Positions 15,379 through 33,462 of a DNA stretch of 64,000 nt are shown here, piece after piece (position 1 is the first letter of the stretch; the number at the start of each line of letters is the position of its first letter). The notes under the pieces were generated by a model that was given only the letters and a program-made list of their open reading frames with translations, did no database searches and had not been told where the DNA came from. The position numbers and the translations under genes are program-made. This stretch comes from the human T2T-CHM13v2.0 reference genome, Homo sapiens: NCBI RefSeq assembly GCF_009914755.1, contig NC_060938.1, one strand, 5' to 3'.

Positions 15379-16092
15379 TTCATATTCAGTGAAGACTGAC
15401 TGTGTGCAGGACCTGTCCCAGCGTCTCTCTTCCCTTCTCTTCTCCTATTGAGACAAATCCAAACTCTCTCTTGGTTGTTTCCTGAGCTTCCAGAAACAAG
15501 CATGGACTCAACACATAAACTTATCTTTTGTACTTGGTTAATTCCTAAATCCCCTGGGCTTCCCATTCCATTACTGTGTATGTTAAAGTCAAATAGTTTT
15601 TCTGAGATTATAACCTTCAGTTTCCTGTATATTATCCTCAGTGTTTTGTAATCATTAAAAACATATTTAAAAATCCATGTGCTCATTCTTTTGCTTTTCC
15701 CATATAATCTTGTTTCACAATTCTCTAAGTCAACTCTGTTCGGTACTCTCTTGGGATCATCTATATACTTTGTAATGACATTTCCACTGAATCTAATCTA
15801 ATGCTTTCCTCCCTGGATTAGCACACATGGTCCCAAAGTTCCTTCACTATATTCCTGCATTAATGGCCACCTACTATTAAACGCTACTAGTTGTTCTTTT
15901 TTCCATCAAGGAACTTAAATCTTGTAAGAAAGATAAATCATCAAATTAAACAATTATAACACAATGCAGAATATGCCAGAAAAATGAGCAAAAAGACTGA
16001 GACTTTACTGGAGAAAAAAATCACCTTTGGCTTGAGTGACCTGAGAGGGCTTCATGGAAAAGGTGGCATTTAAGTGTGGTCTTAAGTGGAGA

Positions 16093-16420
16093 GGCCGAGT
16101 GCAGTGGCTCATGCCAGCAATCCCAGCACTTTTGGAGGCCAAGGCAGGAGGATTGTTTGAGCCCAGGAGTTTGAGACCAGCCTAGGCATCATTAGTGAGA
16201 CCCCACCTCTACAAAAGGAATTTTAAAAATTAGCTAGACTTAGTGGCACATGCCTATGGTCCCAGCTACTTGGGAGACTGAGGTGGGAGGATTGCTTGAG
16301 TCCAGTATTTCACGGCCACAGTGAGCAGTGATCACACCACTGTACTCCAGCCAGGGTAACAGGGCAAGACCCTGTCTCAACAACAACAACAACAAAAAAA
16401 GAAGAAGAAGAAGAAGAAGA
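16093..16420 (+). mobile_element. AluJ with (CAA)n/(GAA)n tail
   Basis: J-type ggaggattgtttgagcccaggag, with a tail decayed into microsatellites. Confidence 0.92.
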
Positions 16421-17853
16421 TGTAGAAGGATTACGATAGGTGAGGTGTAGGTGAAGATGGAAGGATGGAAGAGTGATGGAGGGGCAATGGTGTGAGCAAG
16501 AGCAGCAAGGCAGGAAAGCACAGAGAAAGTCCAGGAAGCTATGTGTAGGTGTGGTGGAAGACAATATATCAGAGACAAGAAGAGGGAGAAAATACTTGTA
16601 GCCAACTCTGAGCTCTTATTATAAGCCTGGCAACCCACAAAGTGCTTTGTGTTCATTCATCATGCCATTGAATCCTCACAAAACCCAAAGGGCATATATC
16701 ATTCCCTTTCCATTTAACAGGTGAGGAAACCAAGGTACAGCAGGATAAAGTGACTGGTCTAACATGGCCCAAATAGGAAGTGGCTGAGCCAGGATTTGGA
16801 CACGGTAAGTGATTTCAGAGCTGTTGTACACTGTGCAGTGTGGCCAGAGAAGTCAGGGGATTGAGTGAACATGGGGCCCAGATCCAGGGAAGCACTGAGT
16901 AGTCACGGATATGAAGAGAGGAAAGAGTTTCAAGAAGGCAGAGATTGTTTGTAGTCATAAATCTCTGCAAGAATCCACGGCCCAGGACATAGAAAAGCCT
17001 TTGAGGGATGAGTAGTTGGCTACTGGAGACCTTCTGGAGAGCACTTTCAGCAAAGCAGTGGTGAAGAAGCCCAACCCCAGAGGGTTAAACAGGGAGAGGG
17101 TGGGAGAATGGGGTGTGGTGACCAGAAAACCACCTTATCAAGAAGAAAGAGGACAGTAGTGAGAAAAGAGGGATAAACTTATAATTCTTTTTTCAGGCTA
17201 ATGATACTTGGGCTCATTTATACGTAGAGGATAAGTTAGTGGAAATTGTTAGAGAAAAAAGATAGCTGAAGTGACAAAGTCCTTTTTGAGGTGGGAGGTA
17301 AAGTTATCAAAGATGTGAGAAAGGCTCAGAGCACCACAGAGAGGAAGGAAGTCAAGGGGAAGGGAAGGGAGGGCCTGTGAAGATGTATTGTGAGGTCGTG
17401 AGGCACAGGCTGAAGAAGTCTACTTTTGATGACCAAAATCTCCCATAAAGAAGGAAGCCATTGCCAGTGCTGAAAGTAGTAGGTTCAGCTGGAGGTGGAG
17501 ATTTAAGGATTGTAGTAATCATTCACAAAAACCTGCAGAAAGTCAACAAAAGTTGTGTTGGGTCTGGCCTGGTATAACCAAATGGAGCAGGCTCACACCT
17601 CTTTATTCAGCTGTGATGCCAGTCCCTGGAGAGCACACCAAGCAACACACTCACCTTGTGTGTGCTGCTTTCCAGAACCAGCCACCTGCACCACAGACAA
17701 GGGAAATGAATACCCAGGTGAGATGGAGCAGGGCAGAGAACAAGAAATCTCAACAAGATACAGCACATCCATTAAGGAAGAACAAAACATTATGAGAGAG
17801 ACAGTTTTCAGAGTTAGATGCCCTTTCTCATTTATATGAAAATCTGTATTTCA

Positions 17854-18239
<386 letters not shown>

Positions 18240-20097
18240 CTAATTGAAAATTCCTAATTACTCTAAAAGGATATGAACTTTAACAAATGTGCAAGTACAC
18301 ATGCTGGAAGCTACCTATAAATGTCTCCTGAAAATAAACAGTTGAAAAATGCAATATAGGCATCAGCACCTTTCTCTTTTTGTTTCATATCATTTAACCT
18401 AATGTGCTAATTCATGGAAAATATTATGTAATTGCAAAGTTGTTTGGGGTTAAATCAAGTTGTGCCTCTTTTAGTCAAAACTTACTGCAAGACTTATTTT
18501 TAATTTTTTTGCTGTTAATTTGGGGCCTAAGTACCTATTAAAAATGTGATTTAAATAAGTTAAAAAGCATTTTAAACAGGTTTATGTCTATTGTGGGGTC
18601 CAGCTTAAAGAACCACATTAGATGACTTAGTCTTAGTCTTATTTTTATTTTTAGCTTTAGCAGAGGTTCTAATGATTTGCTAAATCTTCTACTCTCTTTG
18701 TTTTCATCATCTTGAAACCAAGAAACTTTATAAATGTTTACTGAACATATATGTGGAATTTTGGAGAAAACTTGGCTAAGTCACTCTTTGGATAGCCCCT
18801 ACTCCCTATCCTGGCTTCTTTGTCTTGACACTTGCCATTCAGTCCTGTTCTGAATTATTTAGACATCTAAACATCTTGGGACAGTGATTTTTTTTTACAA
18901 AATTATTAAAGTAGACTTTATTCATCATGACGCCTCTCCCACGTCTTTTTGATGAACTGATGCTTCTCTTTTCAATTACTTTGCCTTATAAGCTTCTTGG
19001 AATTTCAAAACTATAAGTTTTGGGAAGCCATAGGCAATGCTTGAGGTTACCATAAGAGATCTACACATTTCCATTTCCATTTTCCCAGAAAACAACAGTA
19101 ATGGGAAGAGGTGAAAACCAGGCATCTGCTAGTCCATACATACAACCTTATGTGAGGTGAAAGCACACCCTTTTCTATGGGAAGATGCAGCTCACCATGG
19201 GGATCATGGCTTAGGGAGCAGAGTTATTGGCGTGATTTCAGCCCCCACTCACTCCCTCAGACCATGATAGCTTTGTAGAGATTACAAGCCAGCCTCTAGT
19301 CAGCTCAGACTCTAAAGGGTCCAAAACAAAATTCCTCAGGTTATAATGGGGTTCAGGAAGAAACTATGAACAATTCCAACCATAACACTCAAAGGGAACT
19401 GATACTTTGAATAAACAACCAGACACAGGCAAAGCATGTCAGTCTCAAAGCAATCAGCTTCTCCTTCAATTCATTTACTAAGTTGTGCTTGTTTGAAACT
19501 CATGTTTTTAATTTCAGAAAATTTTTTTGAGCTACACTTGAATTGCCTTAAGGGCCTTTATTATTTTTGTTAGTTCAAATTACAACCAGTCCCATTCCAT
19601 GGCTCTGGTGTGTTAGAGCCTGTTTTAGTAGTTCTTCCTCTCCACTGATGCTTGGCTCTTTGGGTTTGTTATTTCTCTTGGTGCTGCTCATAGAGACTCA
19701 CTTTACGTATATTGCCTAGCAATCTGTGACGTTTTATAGCAGGCGCTTCCAGGAGGAACTTATTCTCTGCTCCCTGGTTTTCTCTTGCTCTCCCATGTTA
19801 GCAAGGTCTCATGCTTCTTCATTTCCTAAGGACCCAAAGAGTCTGGTGATGTTTCCCACAGCTGATGTTGCTCTTCCCTCAAGGGTCAAGGATTCCTTAA
19901 GCCAAACAATCCCAGCCATAAACACTCATGGTTCCTTACTCAAGGTTCTCCTACCGTTGTCTTCAAGCTCTCATTGGGACCATAGAGAAGGGAGCCCAGC
20001 TACACCTTAGTTTTGAAAATGATGAACTATCATTGTCATTATTGTTGTTGTTGTTTCCATTTTACAATGAACTCATTTTAAACCACAGATCCATTAT

Positions 20098-20584
20098 TTC
20101 AATGGCTCAATCTTTTTCATTGTGGACCCCAAAGTACACATTTAACAAAGAATTCTTCACTGAGCTTTCATTATTACATTTACCACTGATAGATGTGGTG
20201 AAGTCGGTACACACAAACATAAGATCTGCAAAATACATCTACTCAGAATATGAGTATGGAATTAACTATTGCCTTAATGGTTCTATTGGATTCTGTGGGT
20301 CTACATCACTACAATGTGCCATGTGGTAAAACAATTCTCCCACAGCTTTTCTTTGTTGGAACAAGGGTCCAACATTTCTTCTTATACTGTGCCATGACAT
20401 CATAGGACCTTGGCACCAATGTGATTGTGAAGAGAAGCCCATGGGAACAGTAGTAGGTCACATTGACTACATGAGCCAGAAGAGATTTATGTACATGTTT
20501 AAAATTATTTAAATGAATAACATTAAAACTTCTTATGGAACTTGTTCATCTTTGGGATATGGGGGTCCAAGTTTGAGAAACTTG
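20098..20584. mobile_element. hAT-Charlie-like DNA transposon remnant
   Basis: Degenerate termini caatggctcaatctttttcattgtggacccc ... ggggtccaagtttgagaaacttg. Confidence 0.5.
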
Positions 20585-21169
20585 CAGTAAAGATTGCCCC
20601 TAAATGGTCTCTAGCCATGAGTCTCAGAGCCTACACTCAAAAGCCTTCCTAGTTTTAGAGTAGTTTGCATTCTTTAGAAGAAAAAAATATTTTTTATATA
20701 CCCATGTGAAATGCTACCAGATTCAGTTCTGTTTTTAGATGTTTGCAGTTGACTTTATGGGATTTTCTTTTTTTATCAGCATTTTTCCTGGAGAAAAAAA
20801 AAATTGAATTGATACGCTAACTCATAACTTTCTTTTCTCAGTATCTTGAAAATATTAACTACCTATCTCCTACGCAAATTCTTAAGTACAAGCCTTTCAC
20901 AAAGGCTCTAGAATTCAATTTTTTAAAGAGTTGTAATTCTTTTCCTTTTTTTGTTTTTTTTTCCTCCCATTCCCCCATCTCCTCACTGCTGACTGATGTT
21001 TCAAACCTTGGGAAACCTCATTTGGAAAGACAAAAGAGCAGGAGGGAGCCTTCACTTACTTGTGGTTTGCAAATACTTTGCTTTTAATCTCATTGTAAAT
21101 GCACATAAATAGATTCCTAATTTTCTTAGTTTCACTGTACCTAGTACATGATTGGTATGTGCTTCTATC

Positions 21170-21800
21170 CAGTGAGAAGCAGCTTAATTTTTTTCAAATC
21201 TGTAATAACTTTAGTTCATTTACATTTAATGGTATTCATGATATCTTTGTATATATATCTACCATCTTACTATTTTAATTGATCCCACTTGTTTTGTGTT
21301 TTTCCTTCTTTTGAATTTACTAAATATGTTACTGCATTTTCTACTTTATTATTATGTATTCTTTTACTATTACTTAGCAGTTACTCTACAGATTACAACA
21401 TGCATTCTTTATTACTACATTGCATATATTAATATTTTAATCACCTCCTAGGCAATGCTAAAACCTTAAAACATCTTAACTCCATTCACTACCTATCCCC
21501 ACCCAGAGCCTTTTGTGTTACTGTTGTTATGCATTTTAGTTTAACATATTTTTAAACTACACGAGACATGATTACTATCATTGTGTAGAGTGTACATTCA
21601 TTTGGATTTATCCACATTTACTCTTTCTTTCCTGCATCTCTGTTTTTCCATCTGGGATCGTTTTCATTATGCCTGAGGAATTCCTGCTAGTATTCTTTTC
21701 AGTGTGAATCTTCTGGTACAGAATTATTTTAGCTTTTATTTGCTGGAAAATGTTCTTGTGTTTTCTTTTACTGGAAGAACATTTTCACTAGGTATAGAAC
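21170..21800 (-). mobile_element. Old L1M fragment
   Basis: T-rich antisense L1M-type text (tagttcatttacatttaatgg, tttccatctgggatc, gaagaacattttcactaggtatagaactccagg). Confidence 0.7.
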
Positions 21801-21804
21801 TCCA

Positions 21805-22131
<327 letters not shown>

Positions 22132-23646
22132 TCAAACCCCTGTCCTCACTCCCAGGATTTAAAAAACTTGCATTCGCTGGCAAATTTCTTTCCAGCAGAC
22201 ATCGGCACACTACTGCTCAGGCAGCTCTGCTGTCTATTTCCCCGCTATGGTGTCAGAAATACAGGTGCAAGACCCAGGAAGACTTTGCTTCAGGTTCTCT
22301 GACTTTCCCCTGGCTCCATCCCAAAGGCTCTTCCCAGGCTTTCATATACTTCACCTCCCTCTTCTCTTCACTACTTTCCCATTAATCTTCAGTACTGGTG
22401 ACTTGCAATCCACATATACATTATTCAACAGTTTCTAATTGTTGGAAAGGTTTTGAGAAGTAAATGGGTATGTACTTAATTTTTGTGAAAAGAAATTCAA
22501 GGTTAAGAAGGGCTTGCTATATTTCAGACTAGATAACTGTATGAGTATTAAGTAATCTGACTTTCCATCTGATTACTAACTTGATTTGTCAGGGGAAGAA
22601 ATGCTAGCTAGCTGCTAAAACAAACAAACTATTTATCTCAGAAGCCTAGCCCAATAGAATTTTACTTTGTACTCTTAGAGAGTTCATCTGGGTTTCCAGC
22701 GGGCAGCCTTCCATGTGGAAATCAGGAATGCTGCCTTCTTTAATCCCTGTACCTCTGAGGCCTCCTCTGCATTTAGCCAGCAGGAGAAAGAAGAGTGTAA
22801 TTGGAGGCTTATGCAAGGCTGCTTTTCACAGGCTGAGCATCTAAGCGGTGCACATCAGTCTCACCCACATGCACGGGCCAGGACTCAGTCCATGGCCACA
22901 CCCAACTTTAAGAGAGGCCAGGAAATGTCATCAAGCTATGTGCCCAGGAAAAGGAAGAAACTGGTCTAGCAAGGAGTTAGTCTCTATCATAGTAATTAAT
23001 AAGAATTCAATTTAAAATCATTGACTTTTTCCAAACCCAGCTCAAGAAGAATTATTTAATGTACACTTAATTTGTGCTCAAAATAACTCAGATATGATAA
23101 AAATTAACATAAACACTAAAGTGTAATTTATTCCTGTTAGTGGTGCTTTTTTTCTCCTTAACATTCATAAAAATAATAAAACTAATGGCTTTTAAATATT
23201 CCATGATAGACCGTAGAATTTTCACTAGTGTGGATCATTATTCCAAAATCTACTACATGTAGCATTAGGAGCAGCATAACCCCTGGTCTGTCCCAAGGGT
23301 TATTTTTCCATTCCCACCTTGAGGTCACGAGAAGTTAAAGGAACTGTGCTAAGGGACACTCATACTCACTGCAGTTGTACTGTCAGCTGTTCTTGGCCAA
23401 CTGCCATCACCACCACCATCACCACCACTCTGACACCGCCTAACGATGCCTAAGAGCCTTCCTCACATTGGCTGCTCCATTCTTCTCCTAATTCTTCATA
23501 CCCCTGACATTCCTTATTTTTAAGACAAACTCATCTCTTCTTCTTTGCCATTTCTGTTCAGTGACCATCTCTCCTCTTTTTATGAAGGTAGGGACCATAT
23601 GTTTCCATGTTCACAGCTCTATCTCCAGTAATATCTGGTGGATTAA

Positions 23647-24230
<584 letters not shown>

Positions 24231-24513
24231 TAAAACAAGTCTGTTTGAAAAGCAAAGTACTTTCACAATATACTGTCAGTTCAGCCTTTTTGCTTCTAGA
24301 ACACAAAGGACATAAAGTGCACAAGTATCTAAAAAAGTGCCTGGCTCAGAAAGCACATCAGTAGGTCTTTCATTTCACAGATTAGAAAACTGAAGCTCAG
24401 AGATTACAACTATATCCCCATAATCAAAAAGCAGTAATTTATATACAGCCAAGTCTCTCTACCAAATCACAAGACTCACCCAAGAAAAACTAAATGACAC
24501 ATTAATTGTTTAG

Positions 24514-27232
<2,719 letters not shown>

Positions 27233-27711
27233 AAAAGTTGATGCACACAGTACAGCCACTTCTTTTAAAAAGTTTGGCAGTTCTTTTGAGAGCTAAACAT
27301 ACACCTAACATGTGATACAACCATTTCACTCCTAGCTTAGCCAAAAGAAATGAAAGCACATGTCTGTATATTTCTGTAAAGACTTGTACAAAAATGCTCA
27401 CAGTAGCTTTATTGTTAATAGGCAAAACTTATGAAGTTCAATATAGGTCAATAAAATTGTCTTTTTAAAAGTTCATGCACATACTTGATATTTGATAGAA
27501 TTTCTTTCTCAATTGGTTTCAACCAAGTAAAAAGCTGCTTTTCACTTTTACTCAATAGAAGATGTTAAAAAACTTAACACAGCTCCTTCAGTAAATGTCT
27601 TCAGGTCATTGAAGGTCATCCCAGGTGACCCAATTGGTGTTTCCTTGCAACATTCTGATAAAAACTTCAACGTTACTGGAAGACATCTGGAGAGCTTCTT
27701 CTGCCTTTGTA

Positions 27712-27895
27712 ATCATGGAGTCTGAGAAGTCCAATATACTGACACACTGGAGAATGAGGAAAGCCACTGGTGTATTTCAATGCAAGTTCCAAGGCCTGAG
27801 AACCAGGGATAATGGGTGAGTGGGGGTGGGGGGCAATTGGAGAAAGTTCTGGAATTCAAAGGTCCAAGAACCAAGAGTTCCAATGTTGGATGTCC
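27712..27895 (-). mobile_element. MLT2-like LTR fragment
   Basis: atcatggagtctgagaagtcc...aggaaagccactggtgta...aaggcctgagaaccagg. Confidence 0.6.
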
Positions 27896-30180
27896 CATGG
27901 GAGCGCTACTGTTTTTTCTTTGTTAGCCCTCAAAATATGAAGCTTTTGACCAATTTTTAAAAGATTCATTTTATCCCTCTGCTTCTCAAGCTTTTAATTT
28001 CTTTTACACCAAAATTACAATGCTCCCTCCAGTGACACATAACCCATGCACTCCATCTTCTGTGATCTGATAATTACCCTACTCTGTGCTCATAAAGGTC
28101 ATCAGTGACTCCTCGTTGCCAAATTCAATGATCTTTTCTCAGTTCTCATTTTCCTTGATCACTCTGCAAAATCTGAACTATTGTATACTGCAGCAGAAAC
28201 TGCTGGTTGACCACAAAATATCCCATTCCCCCTTTCTTCCTTATCAACACAATTCCAATTTTATTCAAGATGGTAATCTGTCCAACTGAAGGACAACATT
28301 CCCCAACCTCTCTTGCAGTAGAGATGGTCTTATGAAATGTAAGCTGACATGCTTATATTCATTAGGTTAATGCCCACTGCTGTAACAAATTCTAAATTCT
28401 CACCAGCATAACACAATAGTATATTTTTGCTCACCTATGTTCAAAATGTGTATTCCTGGTCACCAGTAAACATTCCACGTGGTCATTCTGGGGTCCACGG
28501 TCCTTTCATATATTTCTTCATCATTTTCTAAGACCTCAGAGTCCTCCACATCCAGCTTGCAGATGGGGAAAGGGGATGAACAGCAGCATGTGGGAGAAAA
28601 GAACTCAGCTATATGGTGATACATTACTGCAAGGGAGGCAGAAAAATGTAGCTTATGGGACTGCTCAAGAACAGGAAATGGATTTTGTGAGAAACCAGCT
28701 GGTCTCTGCTAAATGGCTAAGTCGTTCAACTAACGGATTCTAGCCTGGCCAGATCTGCAGGCGTGATTGGAACAGACCACAGTCACTGCTTCCTGACTGG
28801 GTGTATCCTAGGGCAGAAAACCTCACTCGATCAGTCCCTAAAGCCAAAGATCAGTGTTTCCTCTTCACTCTCCACCATAACAAGTGTATTATTCTTAACA
28901 TCTTCTCTTCTTCTTATTGCTGTGTTAACCCACAAGTTAATTTTCACTTTTCCTTAATAAGAACTGTTCCCAATCACAATCACTCATGAGCTTTTACAGC
29001 TATGAAAAGTGAAGTTTTAGAAGTAAATACCAAGATAAAGAAATAAATTAATAAGTTGTCCATAAATTTGTAATTTAAAATTCCCAAAGAGAAGGAAAAT
29101 TACATAATTTGACTGATGCTGGTTATTGTCCACAATGTTTTTTACCAAGTACAAAAAAGTACAGATGATGCTGACAAAATGCAGAGATCACAGTTGTCTC
29201 ACTGCCCACATCAACAACTCTCTTGTTAGTTTAAATCACTCTGTAGAATCTAAATCAAAGTTCTCCCCAGCATTTGCTTACCATGTTTACAGCCTTAGAT
29301 GAAGTTTGGTGTCTACTCTTGATCCATTGGTTAGAAGTGTCATACCTGTAGATTATCCTTCATCCAGCTCAGATTTCTGTCTAGTAGGAAGACAGTTTAT
29401 CTGTATTTAAATTCAAGCTGATCATAGAAACATTTGTACCAGGTAATTTTCTCCTCCTGTCTCTCCAGTTTTATTAACAGTAATGATAATCATTCTCAAA
29501 GTTGGAAGTGTCCAACTCTTCCAATTGTTTATTCTCAAAGCTTTCTTGCTTTTTTAAAAAAAGTGTGTTTTTTAAATAATTTATCTTTCAAAAAATTTGC
29601 ACCAGTTGATGTCATAGAGAAAAACAATCAATTTCAAAAGTCAATTTCAATTGTTTACTTTATGTCTTCCTCCAGAGCCACATTCAGGTATATAAAATAA
29701 TTTTGAGTCCCAGACTTGTATTTGCATACAATTTGTGTTTATTTAACCTGGGCTCTCTGCTTGGTGGTTGAACAGAAGAATACCTTTGCTTCTTAGATAA
29801 GATACCAAATTGTTTAAGACTCAAAAATAGTCTTTCAGGACATGGACAAATAGTAGAAGGTATTATCGTTATTCATTCATTCAGTAAACATTTATTGAGA
29901 ATCTATTGTGTGTCTAGCAGTGTGTGCTGGGACACAGGGGCACAAAGTTGAATAAGGCATCGCCCCTGCCCTTGAGAGACTCACGCCCAACATGCAAACA
30001 AACACACAATGTCATACCGCAAATGTCCGGGGCATATGAGGGAATCCAAGGGACTGGGTAATGTAGGTTTGGAATGAGGGTGAGGAATTTCTGGGAAGAA
30101 TCTGAAGAAGATTTCTGAGTGATCAGAGAGATGAAATAAAAATTGAAGACTATGCTGGGAAAAAGGTAAATCAAAAACAG

Positions 30181-31422
30181 TGATATTGTTTGAATATTTG
30201 TATGCACCAAACCTCATGTTGGAATTTAATCCCCAATGTTGGAGGTGGGGCCTGGTGGGAGGTGAATGGATCATGGGGGCGGATCCCTCATGAATGGTTT
30301 GGCACCATCTGCTTGGTATTGTCCTCAAGATAGTGAATAACTTCTCATGAGGTCTGGTTGTTTAAACATGTGTGATACCCTCCCCCCTCTCTCTCTTGCT
30401 CCCACTCTTACCCTGTGACATGCCTGCTCACCCTTCACCTTCCTCCATGAGTAAAAGCTCCTTGAGGACTCCCCAGAAGCCAAGCAGATGTCGGCACCAT
30501 GCTTCCTGTATAGCCTGCAGAACTATGAGCCAATTGAAAAAATGCTCATCATCACTGGCCATCAGAGAAATGCAAATCAAAACCACAATGAGACACCATC
30601 TCACACCAGTTAGAATGGCAATCATTAAAAAGTCAGGAAACAACAGGCGCTGGAGAGGATGTGGAGAAATAGGAACACTTTTACACTGTTGGTGGGATTG
30701 TAAACTAGTTCAACCATTGTGGAAGTTGGTGTGGCGATTCCTCAGGGATATAGAACTAGAAATACCATTTGACCCAGCCATCCCATTACTGGGTATATAC
30801 CCAAAGGATTATAAATCATGCTGCTATAAAGACACATGCACATGTATGTTTATAGTGGCACTATTCACAATAGCAAAGACTTGGAACCAACCCAAATGTC
30901 CAACAATGATAGACTGGATTAAGAAATTGTGGCACATATACACCATGGAATACTATGCAGCCATAAGAAATGATGAGTTCATGTCCTTTGTAGGGACATG
31001 GATGAAGCTGGAAACCATCATTCTCAGCAAACTATCACAAGGACAAAAAACCAAACACCGCATGTTCTCACTCATAGGTGGGAATTAAACAATGAGAACA
31101 CATGGACACAAGAAGGGGAACATCACACACCGGGGCCTGTTGTGGGGTTGGGGGAGGGGGGAGGGATAGCATTAGGAGATATACCTAATGTCAAATGACG
31201 AGTTAATGGGTGCAGCACAATAACATGGCACATGTATACATATGTAACAAACCTGCACGTTGTGCACATGTACCCTAAAACTTAAAGTATAAAAAAAAAA
31301 AAACCTCTGTTACTTATAAATTACTCAGACTCAGGTGTTTTTTTTCTTTTTTAAAAGTGTTTAATGTTGTCTGTCACGGTGAAAGTTATTTCTTTATAGC
31401 AACATAAGAACAACCTAACACA
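30181..31422 (+). mobile_element. MaLR solo LTR (MSTA/MSTB-like), split by an L1 and a small antisense insert
   Basis: Starts tgatattgtttg and ends cctaacaca. 5-bp TSD AACAG on both sides. MST motifs ccccaatgttggaggtggggcc and tttctttatagca. Confidence 0.85.
30535..31300 (+). mobile_element. L1PA (about PA4/PA5) 3' fragment inserted into an MST LTR
   Basis: ORF2 C-terminus [17 protein letters not shown]...SLIGGN*, L1 3' UTR with G-rich tract, poly(A). It interrupts the LTR at ccaatt|aaacctct. Confidence 0.93.
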
Positions 31423-31609
31423 AACAGTATGAGTAAAACACAAATTAGTATTGGAATGCTGTGGCCTGGTCAGTGGCTTCACTTCCCTGGCTCACCAAAA
31501 AGGTGTTCAGGGAGGGTCCTTTAAACCTGAGGTAGGTATAGTGGGCCTTAAGGGCCCACAGCCTCTGAGTCTCAGGTGAGATGCCCAGCAGCACTGCTAT
31601 CAGTACTGG

Positions 31610-32040
31610 ACACTGTAATGTGCCACCCAGATCCCATTCAGGACTGAAAGGCTTCTTCCCCGCGCTGTGGCACAGTCCTCAGCCATCAGCCCCCTCCATG
31701 TATTGCCTTGGCTGAGAGAGCTGCAGCACCCAAGGCTCTATGCCCTTCCCCAGGGCAACCTGCCCCCAGTCACTGGCCCATTCAGGGATACAAAAGCCTA
31801 GTATCCTTACCTTCAAGTGAGACAACTTTGAGGGGCCTTGTCAGCTTCTGAGTTTCCAGTCAGGTTAGTTAAGGTCTGTCATTGGAACTATCACAACCCA
31901 ATTTCTCTACTCAATCCTGTTTCTGTTCCTTCTTTTTCACAGGTGTCAATCTCAAAAGCACTTCCTAATAAATACGCTACATATCCTATCCTCATCTCCA
32001 TCTCAGAGTCTGCTTTTCTCAGGCAACCAAACCAGCCATA
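31610..32040 (+). mobile_element. LTR16A-like ERVL LTR
   Basis: gccacccagatcccattcaggactgaa ... cctaataaat ... ctccatctcagagtctgctt. Confidence 0.65.
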
Positions 32041-33462
32041 GCTGCCAACAACTTCCCTTGGAAGCTTATGCAAGCTGCTAGAAAAGCTCAGTAATCAGTG
32101 AACCCTCACAACCTGTCATCAGGTTACAAATGGATTATACCACCATTTATTTACTCTCAGGTCATCACCCAAAGACGTTTTCAAAAAATTCATGCTGATC
32201 TTTTGAAAGCGTATTTTCTCAAATTCCTACACATACAGAGATCCTGATCCTGATTTACACATGGACAGAAGCCAAAGATCAAAATGGAAATTCTTGCTAG
32301 GCAAAAGGTTGGGGAAGCCTGAAAAGCAGGAATAAGAATCAAACAAAAATGAAGATTTTATTAAACTACCTGCAAATAGCAAACAGATGCCAAAATATTT
32401 GGGCAGACCACCACAAGACATTGTGTGACCCCAAAAACACAGGGCACTGACACATGGTCTGTCCCTGGTGGTAGTTCTGCCTCTTGACTTCTGAGGAGAT
32501 AGAGGAAGTGGCAGGGTCTCTCCTTTCTCTCTCACTCTCTGGTCTTCTCTGCAATTCTCTTTCTCCAAGGCAGAGGCTTGGGGAATCCAAAAGACCTGGA
32601 TGCCAATTCTAGACTCATCACATACCAGTTGTGTGAACTTAAACAAGTTATTAACCTCTCTGAGTCTCATTTTCCTTATCCAAGAAAAGAGAGATAAAGA
32701 AAACTTCTGCAGTGCAGTTGGCAGGAATAAAAACATTAATGAACATCACTTACGGAGCCACGCAGAGCATGCCACAGCACAGTGCTTAACATTCTCACCT
32801 GAGCTGCACACAGGAATTAACTGGGGAGCTTCAAAAAAGATACTGAAGCCTGGAGGGCAACCCCAAAGAGTCTGATATCATCAATTTGGGGTGCTGAAGC
32901 ATCACAAAGGTTTAAAGCTCTCCAGGTGATTCCAAAGTGCAGCCAAGATTGCTAACTATTGTTCTATGCAGATTATTTCATTTAAGCCAGATACTACCCT
33001 AAGAGTTCAGTCCAATTATCCCCCTTCACCCTCCTTCCCTCCTTTCTACAGACAAGCGGATTGAGGTTTAGAAAGGTTAGAAGATTATGCAAGGGTACAC
33101 AGCTAGCAAGGGGCAAAGCTGAGATTTAAGTTCACACAGTATGACTCCCAGGACCTAACACATCATGGCCACACTTCTATGCTACCACTCCAGGTCCTGA
33201 ATGTGAACGAACATCTAGCATGGTCTCTAGCATGCAGAACATGCTCCAAATTTGAGAGCTAAGTTTGTTTATCATTTGTTAGCATCCCTCCTCTCCATTC
33301 CTTGCTCTTCACAAGCCCCAGCCCAAAATATCACTTGGAGTTCAGTAGAAGTGAGCAATGGATAAGATTTAGAAGCATAGTTAGAATGGATCCAGAAAAA
33401 AATAAATGTTCCTTTTTCCTTCTTTTCCCCTTCCTAGATCCCCACCATAAGCATACATTTCT

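Noticed and set aside
30372-31088. 238-aa chimeric ORF
   Set aside because: Chance in-frame fusion of MST LTR sequence with the L1 ORF2 tail, with a non-AUG start and no evidence of function.
32227-32736. 169-aa minus-strand ORF
   Set aside because: It starts within a MIR (KMRLREVNNL..TQLV) and has no recognisable domain.
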